A stretch of 64,000 nt of DNA, taken from Albugo candida. Lineage: Eukaryota. Location: the NCBI GenBank assembly GCA_040437565.1, contig JBDOQK010000048.1, forward strand, positions 1 through 64,000, written 5' to 3'. Made by a program: the position numbers and the translations under genes. A model generated the notes under the pieces. That model did not search any database, was not told the DNA's origin, and worked only from the letters and a program-made list of their open reading frames with translations. Within the stretch, counting starts at the first letter, position 1, and every line of letters starts with the position of its first letter. Positions 12,607 through 24,457 of the stretch are shown here, piece after piece.

Positions 12607-15450
12607 AATATACATTTAGAAACGTTTCGTGAAAATACCTGTGAAGGATGAATGATAATATGTCATCTCGTTAATGATCCTGTACTGCAGTAGCCTCATC
12701 CACCTTGATACGAGACTGGGCCCAGCTTGTAGGGAATTGCTGCGGACACACCCAATTTTTGCTACGGACACCCCCCTAAAAGTAGAAATTACAAACATAC
12801 CCCCTACTTTCGTACCACCATGTCCGCTGCTCTCAAGTCCACTTCTAGCAGGTGGCAGTTGCACCATAAGAGAGACTGAACTTATTGAAAGCAAAGTAAA
12901 AGTAGCCGAGTAGGCAGGCATTTCAGAGAAGAAAAAAGTCTAGCCACAATTGCCTTCTATTGATTTGCGCTCTTTGCTGATATCTAACTAAGCTTTCTGT
13001 AAGGCCTGCAATTTACGCAGCATATTGGCTCGAAGCATATGAGCTGGTGATTCACCTCCAACAATAGCCTTCCCTTGAGAGCCTTCACAAACGTATTAGG
13101 ATGTAGAAATGGCACAGGAATTACCATCCACTTGCTTTGTGCAATTGGTTCAGGCGTGTAGGTACGCAAAAATGACACCATTGTCTGATCATTTAGCCAC
13201 ATATTCTCGTCAAGTGATAATTGTATAGCTTCACGTAGGTCTCAATTCTCCTCAACAACATACGAAATCAGGGGTTATGTTTGTAATTTCTATTTTTGGG
13301 GATAGATAGACTTCTTAATTTACTTTATTGCACGAAAGTAGGGGGTATATTAGGGGTGTATCCGCCGCAATCACCAGTTGTGATGGACGGAGTGGTGGAC
13401 GGACTGTTGGGAGACTGGAGTTGTAACAGGAGAAATAGGCTCCTGAATTTACTAGATTGACGGTACGAAAGTAGGGGGTATGTTTCTAGTTAGGGGTGTG
13501 TCCGCCGCAATTTTTTCAGCTTGTAAATGGTGTAAGGTTGTGAAGTTGTAGAGTTGTAAATTGTCAAAAGTACGGTGGGTTGCAAATTGGTGCGCGCCAC
13601 GCTAGGCTCAACAGTGCCATCCAAGTAGGACTAGGGTCCGAGTTGCACTTGCAAAATTTCTTACTTGTCTATGCCGTACCCGCAGCAATGATCTTCGGCT
13701 TCTGAAAACCCCACCAAATGATCCTTGGGTTGCGAGTTGATCCAGCACCTTTGCAAGCTGAATGCGTTCGTCCTCGTCGTAACACTATCTTCGATAGTAC
13801 CGACCGCGCGCACTAAACATGGTGTAGATCACGGAAAGTGCTGGAACTATCGGAGTTGCTGATCGCTGATCGAACAAACGATGATTCCTATCTCTCCAAA
13901 CGAAGTGAAGCGTCACCGATTGCAATGCAATCCATATATCCGATATAATCTGTTGATATTTTTTCCAATCCGACCGTAGTGTTGCTACGATGGCACATGC
14001 AATATGCGTCCGACGTGGTCTGGATGAGTAGAACTGATCCAAACGATGGAGTAGCTGCTTCTATAATTGTGCCGTGTGATCGCACTATAGAAAGAGATGT
14101 TGATCGGATTTTACTGCCACATACGAAGGCTGTGTACACAATATAATGTCGGGTTGAATATCCTTTAAGAAGCAGAAACGAGTTAGAACTACCAACATCC
14201 GAAAGGCCAGACGAAACTATAGATTTACGAATTTGGGTAATACGCGTTTTCTAAGATGGCGTGATGTAGCCATAAATGTTCCCACTCTTTCGGTATCCAG
14301 TGCGTCCGATCTCTCCAGTGATGACCAATGTGCAACATTGTAAGACCCTTGGTTGGTTCGGGAAGTTTCCGGATGATCCATGAGAGTTGAGAGCGTAGAA
14401 TGGATGGGAATTAATGCTTCCTCTCCTTGCTTTGTACTCCCATATAAAACGATCTGCCACTTGTGTTTGGTTGGATACAAGTGATGAAACGAATCGTCGA
14501 GTAAATACGCTGTAGTATCTTAGTGACTTCATTGTAATGTGGACTCAGCAGAATCTATTCATCGGCTCGTGTGGTCCAAAATAAGGTTGAAAAAGCGGTA
14601 TTGATTCTGTCCAAGCAGTTATTTAATTTGGACGATGAATTGTCGACGCATCGCTTGCAAACTGCTGAAGGAATTGAATACGCTGTAGCTTAATTCTTCT
14701 CACCAAAAAAGGAACTTGTAGTCCACCATCTTGTCGGCGGAGATATAAAAACTCTTTGCTGAGTAGGTGAACATGTTTTGAATCTTTTTTGTGTTTCCGN
14801 NNNNNNNNNNNNNNNNNNNNNNNNNNNNNNNNNNNNNNNNNNNNNNNNNNNNNNNNNNNNNNNNNNNNNNNNNNNNNNNNNNNNNNNNNNNNNNNNNNNA
14901 GGAGGTCAAAATTTTCCCATTTGGAGTACGGTTCAAGGACTGGCCCGTCTCTAAGACCATTGGGAAGGTTACTTTCCGGATTTGGAAAGGTCTTGCCGCT
15001 TCGAATTTTGTAGCCAAGACCGACCGCTCTGGATCGTCTCCTTCAGCAAACAATTTCATAATAACCTCGATGTCTGAGGCTTTCGGCTTAGGGAACTTCA
15101 CGCGAAATTTCGCTCGAGCTCTAGCCTGATCCTTACGCAAGACTCCTGTGACTTGATAAGGTCAGACAGAGTGGGACTTTTGGTGTCATCCACACTTGCA
15201 GTTGGTCTTTGCGTTTGGGTCCCCCTGTGACGAGTCCGTGACAGTGAACAGCCTACATCGGTATTACCCTTTACCGTCACAAGGGGCGGGGGTAACTTCC
15301 ACGTCAGCACATGTGAACGCTAGCACCCTTGGTTGTGTCGGTATGCGACTTGACCATTATATTCGAGAGCAGAGAGTTGAAAAAAGTTTTTACCGATTTG
15401 TTTTGTACAAAATTGGCGCGTTACGTACTAGCCGGCAAATTGAGAAGTGA
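12607..15450 (-). mobile_element. Decayed L1-type LINE, copy 2 (ORF1 start, gap, ORF2 C-terminus, 3' UTR)
   Basis: ORF1 remnant 15310-14900 homologous to 600-1100. ORF2 C-terminal LHFVWRDRNHRLF motif (~13880-13920). 3' UTR shared with copies at 3456-3654 and 18297-18549 and split by the insertion at 12732-13516. Confidence 0.85.
12732..13516 (-). mobile_element. Internally deleted non-autonomous derivative of MULE-1
   Basis: Perfect flanking repeat CAGCTTGTA (12723-12731 and 13517-13525). TIRs GGGAATTGCTGCGGACACACCC / GGGTGTGTCCGCCGCAATTTTTT. 12732-13260 is the reverse complement of ~7015-7545 and 13385-13475 of ~4671-4750. Confidence 0.9.
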
Positions 15451-15452
15451 GA
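15437..15452 (-). promoter_or_regulatory. Oomycete Inr/FPR-like core promoter motif at the LINE 5' end
   Basis: Minus strand TCTCACTTCTCAATTT matches the oomycete consensus GCTCATTYYNCAWTTT at 14/16. The homologous start of copy 1 reads TCACTTCCTTAATT at 445-458. Confidence 0.5.
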
Positions 15453-15533
15453 GTGTTTAACTCAATTCAAGGTTTCTAGATTACAAGAAAGAGATGTAAA
15501 TGACATTTATCAGTTAGAAATCTAAAAAAAATT

Positions 15534-16224
15534 GGGAGCTGCTATCTGAACACCCCCTCCCTCCTCACATATGTTTTATATATTTTGACAAACACCCCCC
15601 CCCTATTTAGGTTAATAATTAGATTACATATTCTTGCGTGGCATATCCTGACCGGAACACCTCTTACCCTATACAGCAAGTATGTGCTATGCATGATCAC
15701 GGCCTCTTCTCCATCTTAACGTCTTCCTGCTGAAATATGGTCAATTTCTTCTTACCGGGTTTTTTTCCGGCTATTGAAATTGATAGCGATTCCGCCGACG
15801 ATACCCCGCTTGCCCAAGAATTCCGCGCGGGAATGTTGGTCCATATGGGATCCTAAAATGAGAATGAGTAGATAGGTATGAGCAAGTGGGAATTAGGCTT
15901 TACAGGATCTGGAGAATTTTATCCGTCGCTCTTATTTTTATGATAACCTTTCACATTCATTCCACACCCTTTCAAATCAATCAGTAAATAAATGATAGAT
16001 TCAGCAGTCATATCATTCTATTATTAGAATCACACGTCTATCGGAATTCTTGTCAACGCATCTCCCTTTACCAAAAGTGAATGGCCGAACTCAATACAGA
16101 AACAAACCAAAGTATCACAAGGTATTGACTCATATTTGATTATGGGGGCTGTTATCAAGATATATAAAACATATGTGAATAGGGGGCCGGTTATCAAGGG
16201 GGGGGGTGTTCGGATAGCAGCTCC
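15534..16224. mobile_element. Second, inverted and internally deleted copy of the 10633-11541 TIR element; its terminus is split by the Copia insertion
   Basis: Reverse-complement similarity to 10633-11090 and 11370-11541. Ends GGGAGCTGCTATC... and ...GGATAGCAGCTCC, with the last bases (GTTCCC) found after the 3' LTR at 19230-19235. Confidence 0.85.
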
Positions 16225-16459
16225 TGTTGAAGAAAGGTGTGTTGTTGTCAGATTACGCTATCGCACGATGCATGTTGGTAAAGGCACAGGATTACTGACG
16301 CGCGGCCAGGCGATTTTCAATGCGCGACTGTACGATCCGTAATGCGCGGTATGGAAAACTATCAAGGTATAGTCGAAGAATCCAGTAGGCTTCAAAGTAG
16401 CAAGAGAGTATATTTTAGTATTTATTTTACCACCTCCAAACACTACGCATTTGCTAACA
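16225..16459 (+). repeat. 5' LTR
   Basis: TGTTGAAGAAAGG...TTTGCTAACA, direct repeat of 18980-19229. Confidence 0.93.
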
Positions 16460-18296
16460 GGTCATGATCCCAACGACTATTTCTAACGGGGCGCCAAGCG
16501 CACCTACTCCAGTCAGCTTTGATGCCGGCCACGAAAGGGCCACGGCATCTCCAGCGGTAATTCAAGGTGGAAGGATGGTCTACGAAAGGGTAGATGACGT
16601 CAACACCAGTATACTCACGGCCCTCATCGACTTCCAAGAGCGGATGACTCAGATGGAGGTCTCGCAGCTGAAGCGCGATTAAGACGAAAGGATGATGAGC
16701 GAGATCGAGTCACGGATGTTCCATTCAGAGCTGAGACAAGGTCACGTTGGTGCACCGATGCAGATCGATGCACTCTAACATTCACCGGGACGTTCAAGTG
16801 CTGGCCAATGTCACCCAAACATGGTACAGCATGGTGCAGGAAGACAAGCGGTTCAGCCAGAATGGCGAGCAGCGCAAGCAGCACCAGCGGCTCGTACTCC
16901 GTATTTGAACATGGTTTATGTGGCAGCGCAAGAATACGCGCGCCGCATGGACCCGGACGCTCAACATGCAATGCTGGTACCGGATGAGCGTCAACGAAGA
17001 CTGACGATTCGAAAGTTTGATGGCTCAGAGCTGTATCGAGAATTGGGATCCGGTTTCCTAGATTGGGGCAGGACATTCATGAGGCAGACCAGTACGCACA
17101 AGCGGCCTATTGCTTCGGCTGGTCCGACGACGTGAAGACAAACCTGCTCGGGTACTATCTGAGTGTTACTGTCGCGCGGTACTACAACAAGCAGGTCGAG
17201 ACTTGGTGGAGACAGATTCCGACTCTCGCGCACGTCATGAAACGCTTACACAAAGACGTTCAAGACTACTATCACTGCTTCACAGTCGATGAAACTGTTC
17301 ACGGCAAAGAAGGACTCCAAGAGGAGCTGGCCGAGCATTACCTCTACTTGGTGGCGGTAAGCGATGCATGTGTTGGCGCTGACGAGCAGGTTCTGGACAA
17401 CATTGTGCACTATGCATCAAGTGAGCTCCACACGGTACTTATGGCCAAGTACGACGGAATCCGGGTTGATCACCTTGCACAAGCCGAAGAGCTCGCGTAT
17501 TCCGCGCATTCTGTGAAGTTGGACACTCGAAGCGCTTCTTCGTTTGGTGAGGACGTAGTGTCCCATGTTTCCGAACATAATCCACGCGCCGACACGCGCA
17601 CATGTTCTGGGTGTGGCAAGGTCGGGCACATTCAGTCGGTCTGTCCTGAGTAAAGGAAGAAGTCGAAGAGAGCCAACAATGCCAAAGGAGCTTGGCGTAA
17701 GAACACTGAAACAAAGGATGTTGTCAACTACACGCTGTGTGTACAAGATCCGCCCAAAACGATTCATGGATCCTGGATAGCGGTTCCAGCAGGCACCTGC
17801 TGAACAATAGTGCACTACTCCAAGATGCCCGCAAGTGTGAAGACCAATGCTTGGTCACCGATGGAAGCCGCTTCAGCTAACAATGGTCGGAAGGGTGGTT
17901 CTTCGCGTGATGGCATGCGGAAGACCAACTTCAATTCGACTTGCTGAAGCCTACTATGCACCGATGCTGAATCACAATATCGTGTCCTATGGCATACTTG
18001 AGCTAAAAGGCTACGCGCTCGAATACAAGGATGCTTGGCAATCGATTATATCGCTTACTACCGGGTACGTTATATTCGACGTTGCGATGCATAACAATGT
18101 GTTATTTATGGAAACCCAAGATGTGATAACAGGTCCAAAAGAGGCCGGCCAGGATATGACCACAATTGACGNNNNNNNNNNNNNNNNNNNNNNNNNNNNN
18201 NNNNNNNNNNNNNNNNNNNNNNNNNNNNNNNNNNNNNNNNNNNNNNNNNNNNNNNNNNNNNNNNNNNNNNNATATGTTTATATGTATATATGTTAT

Positions 18297-18549
18297 TTAA
18301 ATACCTGTGAGAGATGATAATATGTCTTCTCGTTGATAATCTCGTATCGTAGTAGCCTCAGCACCCTTAATACGAGACTGTGTCCAGCTTGTAAATGCTG
18401 TAGAGGTGTAAAGTTGTAAAGTTGTAAAAATGGTCCAAAAGTACCGTGGTTTGCAAATTGGTGTGCGCCAGACTAGGCGGAACAATGCCATCCAACTAGG
18501 ACTAGGATCCGAGTTGCACTTGCCTTTTCCACTCGCCTGTGCCGTACCC
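18297..18549 (-). mobile_element. 5'-truncated LINE 3' end (copy 3) nested in the Copia element
   Basis: Clear similarity to 13517-13680 plus 12635-12731, here uninterrupted. Confidence 0.85.
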
Positions 18550-18979
18550 GATGGTGTTATTCAGTGGAATTCCCGTGAGCTAGTCGGCGAAAAAGCAAAG
18601 AGGACTTTCGATTTCGATGATGGAGGCCGACTTTATGGCAGCGTCCGGAACGGCGCTCGAGCTCCTTGGGATAAGGGGAAATGCTGATGTAAGTGGGACT
18701 TTCACCGTCTCTGCCCATGACGATGCAAGTGGATAATCAAGCGGCTATCCATCAGATTGAGGGTGAGGCTACGTCCATGAGAACAAAACATACAGATGTG
18801 CGCCTCAGTTTGTGAAGGACTTGGCCCGTCGTGGCATACTGGAGCCGTGCTACGTTCAGTCCGATCTCATGCTTGCTAACCTATTGACCAAGGCAGTAGA
18901 CAAGCACAAGCTCGCCAAGCTGCGACCGCTAGTGGATTTACACTAGCTAAGGTGCCGATGATGCGATCGCGAGGAGGAG

Positions 18980-19229
18980 TGTTGAAGAAGGGTGTGTGTT
19001 GTCAGGTTACGCTATCGCACGATGCATGTTGGTAATGGCACAAAATTATTGACGCGCGGCCAGACGATTCTAATGCGCGACTGTACGATTAGTAATGCGC
19101 GGTATGGAAAACTATCAAGGTATAGTCGAAAATTCAGCAGGCCTAAAATAGCAAGAGAGTTTGCGAACTAAGGACCTAAATATATTTTAGCATTCATTTT
19201 ACCACCGCCACACTACGCATTTGCTAGCA
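18980..19229 (+). repeat. 3' LTR
   Basis: TGTTGAAGAAGGG...TTTGCTAGCA, preceded by a polypurine tract. Confidence 0.93.
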
Positions 19230-19401
19230 GTTCCCTATGTATTTTTTTCAAAAAAGTTGTGGGAGTNNNNNNNNNNNNNNNNNNNNNNNNNNNNNNNNNN
19301 NNNNNNNNNNNNNNNNNNNNNNNNNNNNNNNNNNNNNNNNNNNNNNNNNNNNNNNNNNNNNNNNNNATTTTTTTCAAAAAAGTTGTGGGAGTAATAATAA
19401 A

Positions 19402-20114
19402 GGGAGCCGCTAACAAGCCCCCAGCCTCCATAAATTAATATATTGGTGGCCACTGATTGGTCTAAACAAATATAACAGAGTAAATAAAGTTAAATTACGA
19501 GAATCGTTATCCAGCCCCCACCCTTCATGAATTGATGAGAATCGTGGCATCTGATTGGTCTGAATAGATGCAACGGAATAAATACATTAAAATTACACTT
19601 TAATTCATCAGACCCAACTTTCAGCAATGCATGCCACCTTCGCTGCTTCATTGAGCTACCTTGTGACATCTTGGCTAGTTTACAAGGAGCGTTTTTTTCT
19701 ATCCTACAATAAGCGCCATTGTGGGCATGTGCTAACATTTTGGGTGGGGGGCGTCCGTGCTGCTCTCAAAAATGGATCTCTGTGTCAACAGGTAATTTGT
19801 ATTGTAAGCTAATTGTGCTGGCAGAAGTTATATTTATCTGATAATTCATTTATTGCAGGTGATCTACTCTCTGTGGATTCATCAATTTACCTTGCTTGGG
19901 AAGGCCGGCTTGCTGTCATTGTGCAGCAAATGCAAAGCAGCGTCAACAACACCTGCTGCAGTAGATTTAGATATAGACGTAGCCAATCTCAATATTGTGA
20001 AACTGCTTCTTAGTACATATATTCAAATAAGGCTACTCTTTTCAGCCAATGATAACTCGTAATCATAACTTAGGTTGCTGTATTTAGGAGGGATGGGTGC
20101 TGCTTAGCGGTCCC
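19402..20114 (+). mobile_element. Internally deleted derivative of the MULE-2 family
   Basis: Ends GGGAGCCGCTAA... and ...TTAGCGGTCCC. Perfect 8-bp TSD ATAATAAA (19394-19401, 20115-20122). 19630-19945 matches the reverse complement of ~8520-8845 and 19945-19980 matches ~7850-7880. Confidence 0.85.
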
Positions 20115-20290
20115 ATAATAAATTGATAAATAATAATGCAAGTAAGAAATCAGCTGTCGGGATATCAATTATAATGTAGATTACGTAGAAGCAGTGATAT
20201 AGCTACCTTATCGACCAATCAGATTATTTTTCACAGATTAGCCAATGAGAGGTGTTTGTTCTGCGGCATTAATTCACACCCTTTTTATAA

Positions 20291-21412
20291 GGGAATTCCT
20301 ACAGTCACCCTCGCTTTTTTCTAAACTCAACCCATCCAGTTTTTTTAGTCAGTCACATTTCATCATTTGAAGTAATCTTGACTGATTTGATTGAAAGTGG
20401 AACTTGATGCAGGACGCAACCTGCGACTCCTGGCATTATGTCCTATTGCTTGACAAATACTGCATCTGGGAAGGCGACGGGTTTGAGGATTAGAAATCTG
20501 AGTTTGATTATTATCCCTGGGCATATTCAAAAGCTGAAGGATCTCTTTGTGCTGATTGAATGTGTGAATCTGATGACCTGCCTCTTCCCCTGATTGTCCG
20601 AGGATCTTGGATTGTTGTGCTTGTGTTTAATTGTTGGCGATTGAATTGTAGATGTAATATTGCCGATGAGGTAGCTCCAAAGTTAGCAAGTCAATAATTT
20701 CCCGTCTTTCTTGATTAATGTAGGTTGATGGGGTCTCCTGCTTGGACCACCATTGTGAGTCAGAGTCTTTTCTTTGCAAGTGGTGTGTTGTGTTCAATTA
20801 GCTGGTTAAATTTATGTTCACATTTTATGCCCAGGGTCTGCTGATGTACACCGGTAAAAGTGGTCCTTGGTAATTCGCTATTGTTGTTGCGGGTCAATTG
20901 ATACTGGTTTCGGGCTATACCCAATGCATGCTTTGGTAACTCTCGTTGAACTCCATGCCATATTGGATTTCCAAATGTTATTGTGTCCACGCAGATAGAA
21001 TGAGTTGCATTGGTTTTCTTAAATTGAGTTGCACAAGAAAGCCTGATCCTACTGTAAACAGACAGCAAATTCCCTGAATTTTCGCCGGTGTAGTTTTTTT
21101 ATGTTGCATGCATCCCTTCTAACAAGTGCTTATTGAAAAGCGCATAAAATGTCGCACACAGAGAATTTTTGTTTGAATGGTATATTGGGAACTCCTTAGC
21201 AACTATCTTATGTCTCTCTACGACCTTTCACTGCCCACTACTCTTCACGAGATGGTGATCTTTCACCAGTGGAGATCTTCAACTTACCGTCGCTGTATGC
21301 AGTAGATCCGGTTGGCTAAAAATATCAAATATGGTTGGATAGAAATGTGATTGACTTAAAAAAATGTATGGGGTGAGTTTAGGAAAAAGCGACGGTGAGT
21401 TTAGGAATTCCC
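20291..21412 (-). mobile_element. Non-autonomous TIR element, probably MULE-derived
   Basis: ~70-bp TIRs GGGAATTCCTACAGTCACC... / ...GGTGAGTTTAGGAATTCCC. 8-bp TSD TTTTATAA / TTTTCTAA. Short internal minus-strand ORF (20760-21068) of uncertain origin. Confidence 0.8.
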
Positions 21413-21433
21413 TTTTCTAATTCCTGTTGTCAA

Positions 21434-21488
21434 GACATATTATCAGACCTGTTAGGTACTTTCATGAAACTTTTTTGATGTATATTAG
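21434..21488 (+). repeat. Degenerate extreme 3' tail of the LINE family
   Basis: GACATATTATCA...AGGTACTTTCATGAAACTTTTTTGATGTATATT resembles the reverse complement of 12607-12664. Confidence 0.55.
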
Positions 21489-21565
21489 TATTCCAGTGAT
21501 AAAGACAACTTCAACTGATCGTTGTGCATCTAAACAGATCAACTTTCAGCTAATCAAGGGGAAGC

Positions 21566-24410
21566 ATGTCAAGTATACAAGACAAGCGAGCGCTGGTTTT
21601 GCATCTCACTTCACAAGTAGAGCAATTGGAAGTGGCAGCTCAATGTTTTGACTTGGATGCAACACTCAAAGTCCTCAATGAACTAGCCTTACTGCTCTTA
21701 CATCAACACGAATGTGATAAATCGCCGAAGGTATACGTATAGACCTTGTCGAGTGTGTAATTTTACTGATAGTCAAATTGTATAGATTCTATTCCTCGAC
21801 CACTGCTATCATGAATTCACTTCGAAGCTTATCGCGCTCATTTCAGTATACTGGGGCTCATCATTAACACTAGAGAACAAGCAAAAGTATGTGGATGTAT
21901 TTTTCACAGAAGTGCCATGTCTCCACGCATTCGAAAGCCTGAATGCATTGCTTGCAAAGAAACCGGACTTTACCTCCAACAATGATAGACAAGTTGATAT
22001 CGAACTTGATCAAAAAGCGGTTGCAGATGAATGCATTCGTTTACTGCATCTCATTTTGATCTCGGACGATAAAATCTACGCATTGATACAGAATCTATTT
22101 GAGATGGAGGCATGTAGAGCGCTTGGTTGCAAGGTGGTGTTGATGACTTCGTATGGGCTGACTGTATCCTAAACTTTAGAACATCAATTCTAATATACAC
22201 CAAGAACCTCGGATCTCTAGCATTATCACTCTTCCAGGTAATTATAATATCTAGCTATCAGCTCCGACGAACTGTAACATCCTTTCATTGTTGTAGATCT
22301 AGTACATAATCGGCAAGGAAGGATGTCTGCATATCTATTCAAACCCGCGATATATTTCTCGAAGTTATGCCGCTCCATGCTGCAGGTCGCATTAAAAGCT
22401 CGAAGAAAAAACGCTACGTATAAAATGGATACATTTCGTTCGTTTTGTAACAAGATGAAAAGAACGGGTAGGATCGACTACCTCTGCAACTCATGGTTGC
22501 AGCTATTATCGGAAGCGGAGACGACACAAAATAACATCTCGGACGATCCTCTTTTCACGGAGCACATCGAATTAATCAAAATTCTACCCGAGGCATGCTA
22601 CGAAGATGTTTTATCTCATCTCTGTACATCAAAGTGCCAATCTTTTGGCGATTTGAGCTCCAAAGTTCTATCTAGTTTGTCATCCTTATGGACAATGCTG
22701 AGTCTGTTCGTGTCTCAAACGTCTGAAAACGAGCATTTTCGCCACACTTTGATCAGGAAGATCAGTTTTGAGAAACGTATTAATAGCGTGGGTACTATCA
22801 AAGTGATTGTTGACGCTCTTAACGGGCATTTTTATCATTCACATTTTCCTGGGAAATCAAGTCAAGCATTGACAATCATTTTCGGTGAGCTTGTCTATTC
22901 CTGGAGTCAAAGAGAGTTTTCGTATGGAAAGGATCAATTGATAATTGCTTCAGTTACCACGTTCATCCGATACGCCATGCCGTACGTTTTGGTGGATGGT
23001 AAACTGAGTGAGAAGTGGATACTGATCTTATGCAAAGGAATTCAGGTGAATCTGATTTGCATTTTAGAAATTTCGAGAAGGACAAATGATCTGATAGGTT
23101 CAATGTCGCAGACTTACTTGGATAGTAGCGTAAAAGCACTTCAGGAGACAGGAATGCAGGTTGGACAGAGCCTTTCACATTTCGCGTCGCCAGATAAGCA
23201 TCTTGATTTCGGTTTAGCTGGCGACGACATCGTCGATCGAATGAATGATACTGACTTGAAGCATATTCAACCTATTCCACTCTCGTCTGATCCGTCTGAC
23301 GAAACAAAACGAAACAATCACTTGGCTGCTAAAAGCCTCTGCATTGCAAAGAAGGGTTCTCACTTGGCACCGGACGAGATCGTTGCTGAGTCTGACGATG
23401 AATCTGAGAATGTTGAGAATATCTCGAATTGTGATTCGAATGGTGATTCAGATTTGAGCCTTTCCCCGTACGATCTGGATGATGATCAAAAAGATCTTGG
23501 TCCCTCACGTCCATATTATTTGAAAGATTTGGTGGTTGCGCTACAAAATCAAGATGAAAAAGATATCGAAGTGGCATTGCTTACTGAAGCAGAATCTTTG
23601 ATACGGAAACGACCGATGGATCTAGACATGCAGGCCAAGACAATGGCCCAGGTCATACTTCGTTTGGAAGATCGGTGCAGTATACCAGAGTTTGACATCA
23701 TGAAAACAAAAGCATTGGCAGCGCTTTGCACGCATTCGCCAGCCAAAGTCATACCATTTTGTATCAATCAGGTGTTGGAGAAAGAGCAGATGCTCGAGTC
23801 TCGAATCACCATACTCAAATGCATGGCAGTAGCCGCCTATGAACTTTCACAAACCGGAGACTTTCGTCACAGACAACCGAAAGATCTGCTCATGGAAGAT
23901 ATTGAAACAGATACGCTTCAGCTCATTCGAACGAGAAGATGGGGATTTCAACGTAATCCATTAGCTCCCTCGAAAAAAAACGCATTTGGAGACCATTCCC
24001 GTACATTCTTTTATCCGCTGATATATGGATACATTCATTATCGTCATTCAGCTAAGACTTTGTCTGACTTGGAGCATATACTATTGTCGCACGTTTTGTA
24101 TACTCTATCGTGCATTGTGGAGTGTTCTGGAAACTCCGTATATACCCCATCTATGGCGAGGATACTTTTGGATTTTGCTTGGGTTGAACGCAAGCATTCC
24201 CAAGCCGGAGTGAGACGTCAAGTTTTGTACTGTATCAGTCGCGTTTTCTTGGTGCTTCCGTCATATTTAGTTCAGCAGCAACTTGGAGAAAAGCTATCAG
24301 ACATAATGCAATGGCTAAGTCAAGTGCGAAAGGAAGACCCTGATACAGGCTGTCGAGAGGCTGCATCATTACTCAAGCCAGTTTCCGAACTTGTGCTTCT
24401 TTCAAAATGA
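21566..24410 (+). CDS. TEL2: Telomere length regulation protein TEL2/TELO2 (TTT complex PIKK co-chaperone), multi-exon
   Basis: Acidic segment then DSDLSLSPYDLDDD...PYYLKDLVVAL and TRRWG motifs typical of TEL2, with helical-repeat composition. Inferred ATG 21566 (MSSIQDKR), first intron 21731-21785, more introns near 22150-22320 and ~23045-23110, stop 24410. Confidence 0.85.
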
Positions 24411-24457
24411 GTTACAAGTCTAAGAGTTCTGCTTTAACATCTTTGATGAGAAGGAAC

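Larger units (their letters stand above)
16225..19229 (+). mobile_element. Ty1/Copia LTR retrotransposon, decayed (integrase and RT not seen)
   Basis: LTRs 16225-16459 and 18980-19229 (TG...CA). PBS GGTCATGATCCCA, PPT GAGGAGGAG, 5-bp TSD GCTCC/GTTCC. Gag CCHC knuckle CSGCGKVGHIQSVC (~17600), protease WILDSGSSRHL (~17770), RNase H VDNQAAI...TKHTDVR...LLTKA (18730-18900). Confidence 0.93.

Noticed and set aside
12242-12646. Direct repeat of ~150 bp (similar cases at 24885-25277, 25982-26159, 19241-19392, 35249-35390)
   Set aside because: All straddle 100-N gaps, so they are not biological repeats or CRISPR-like arrays.
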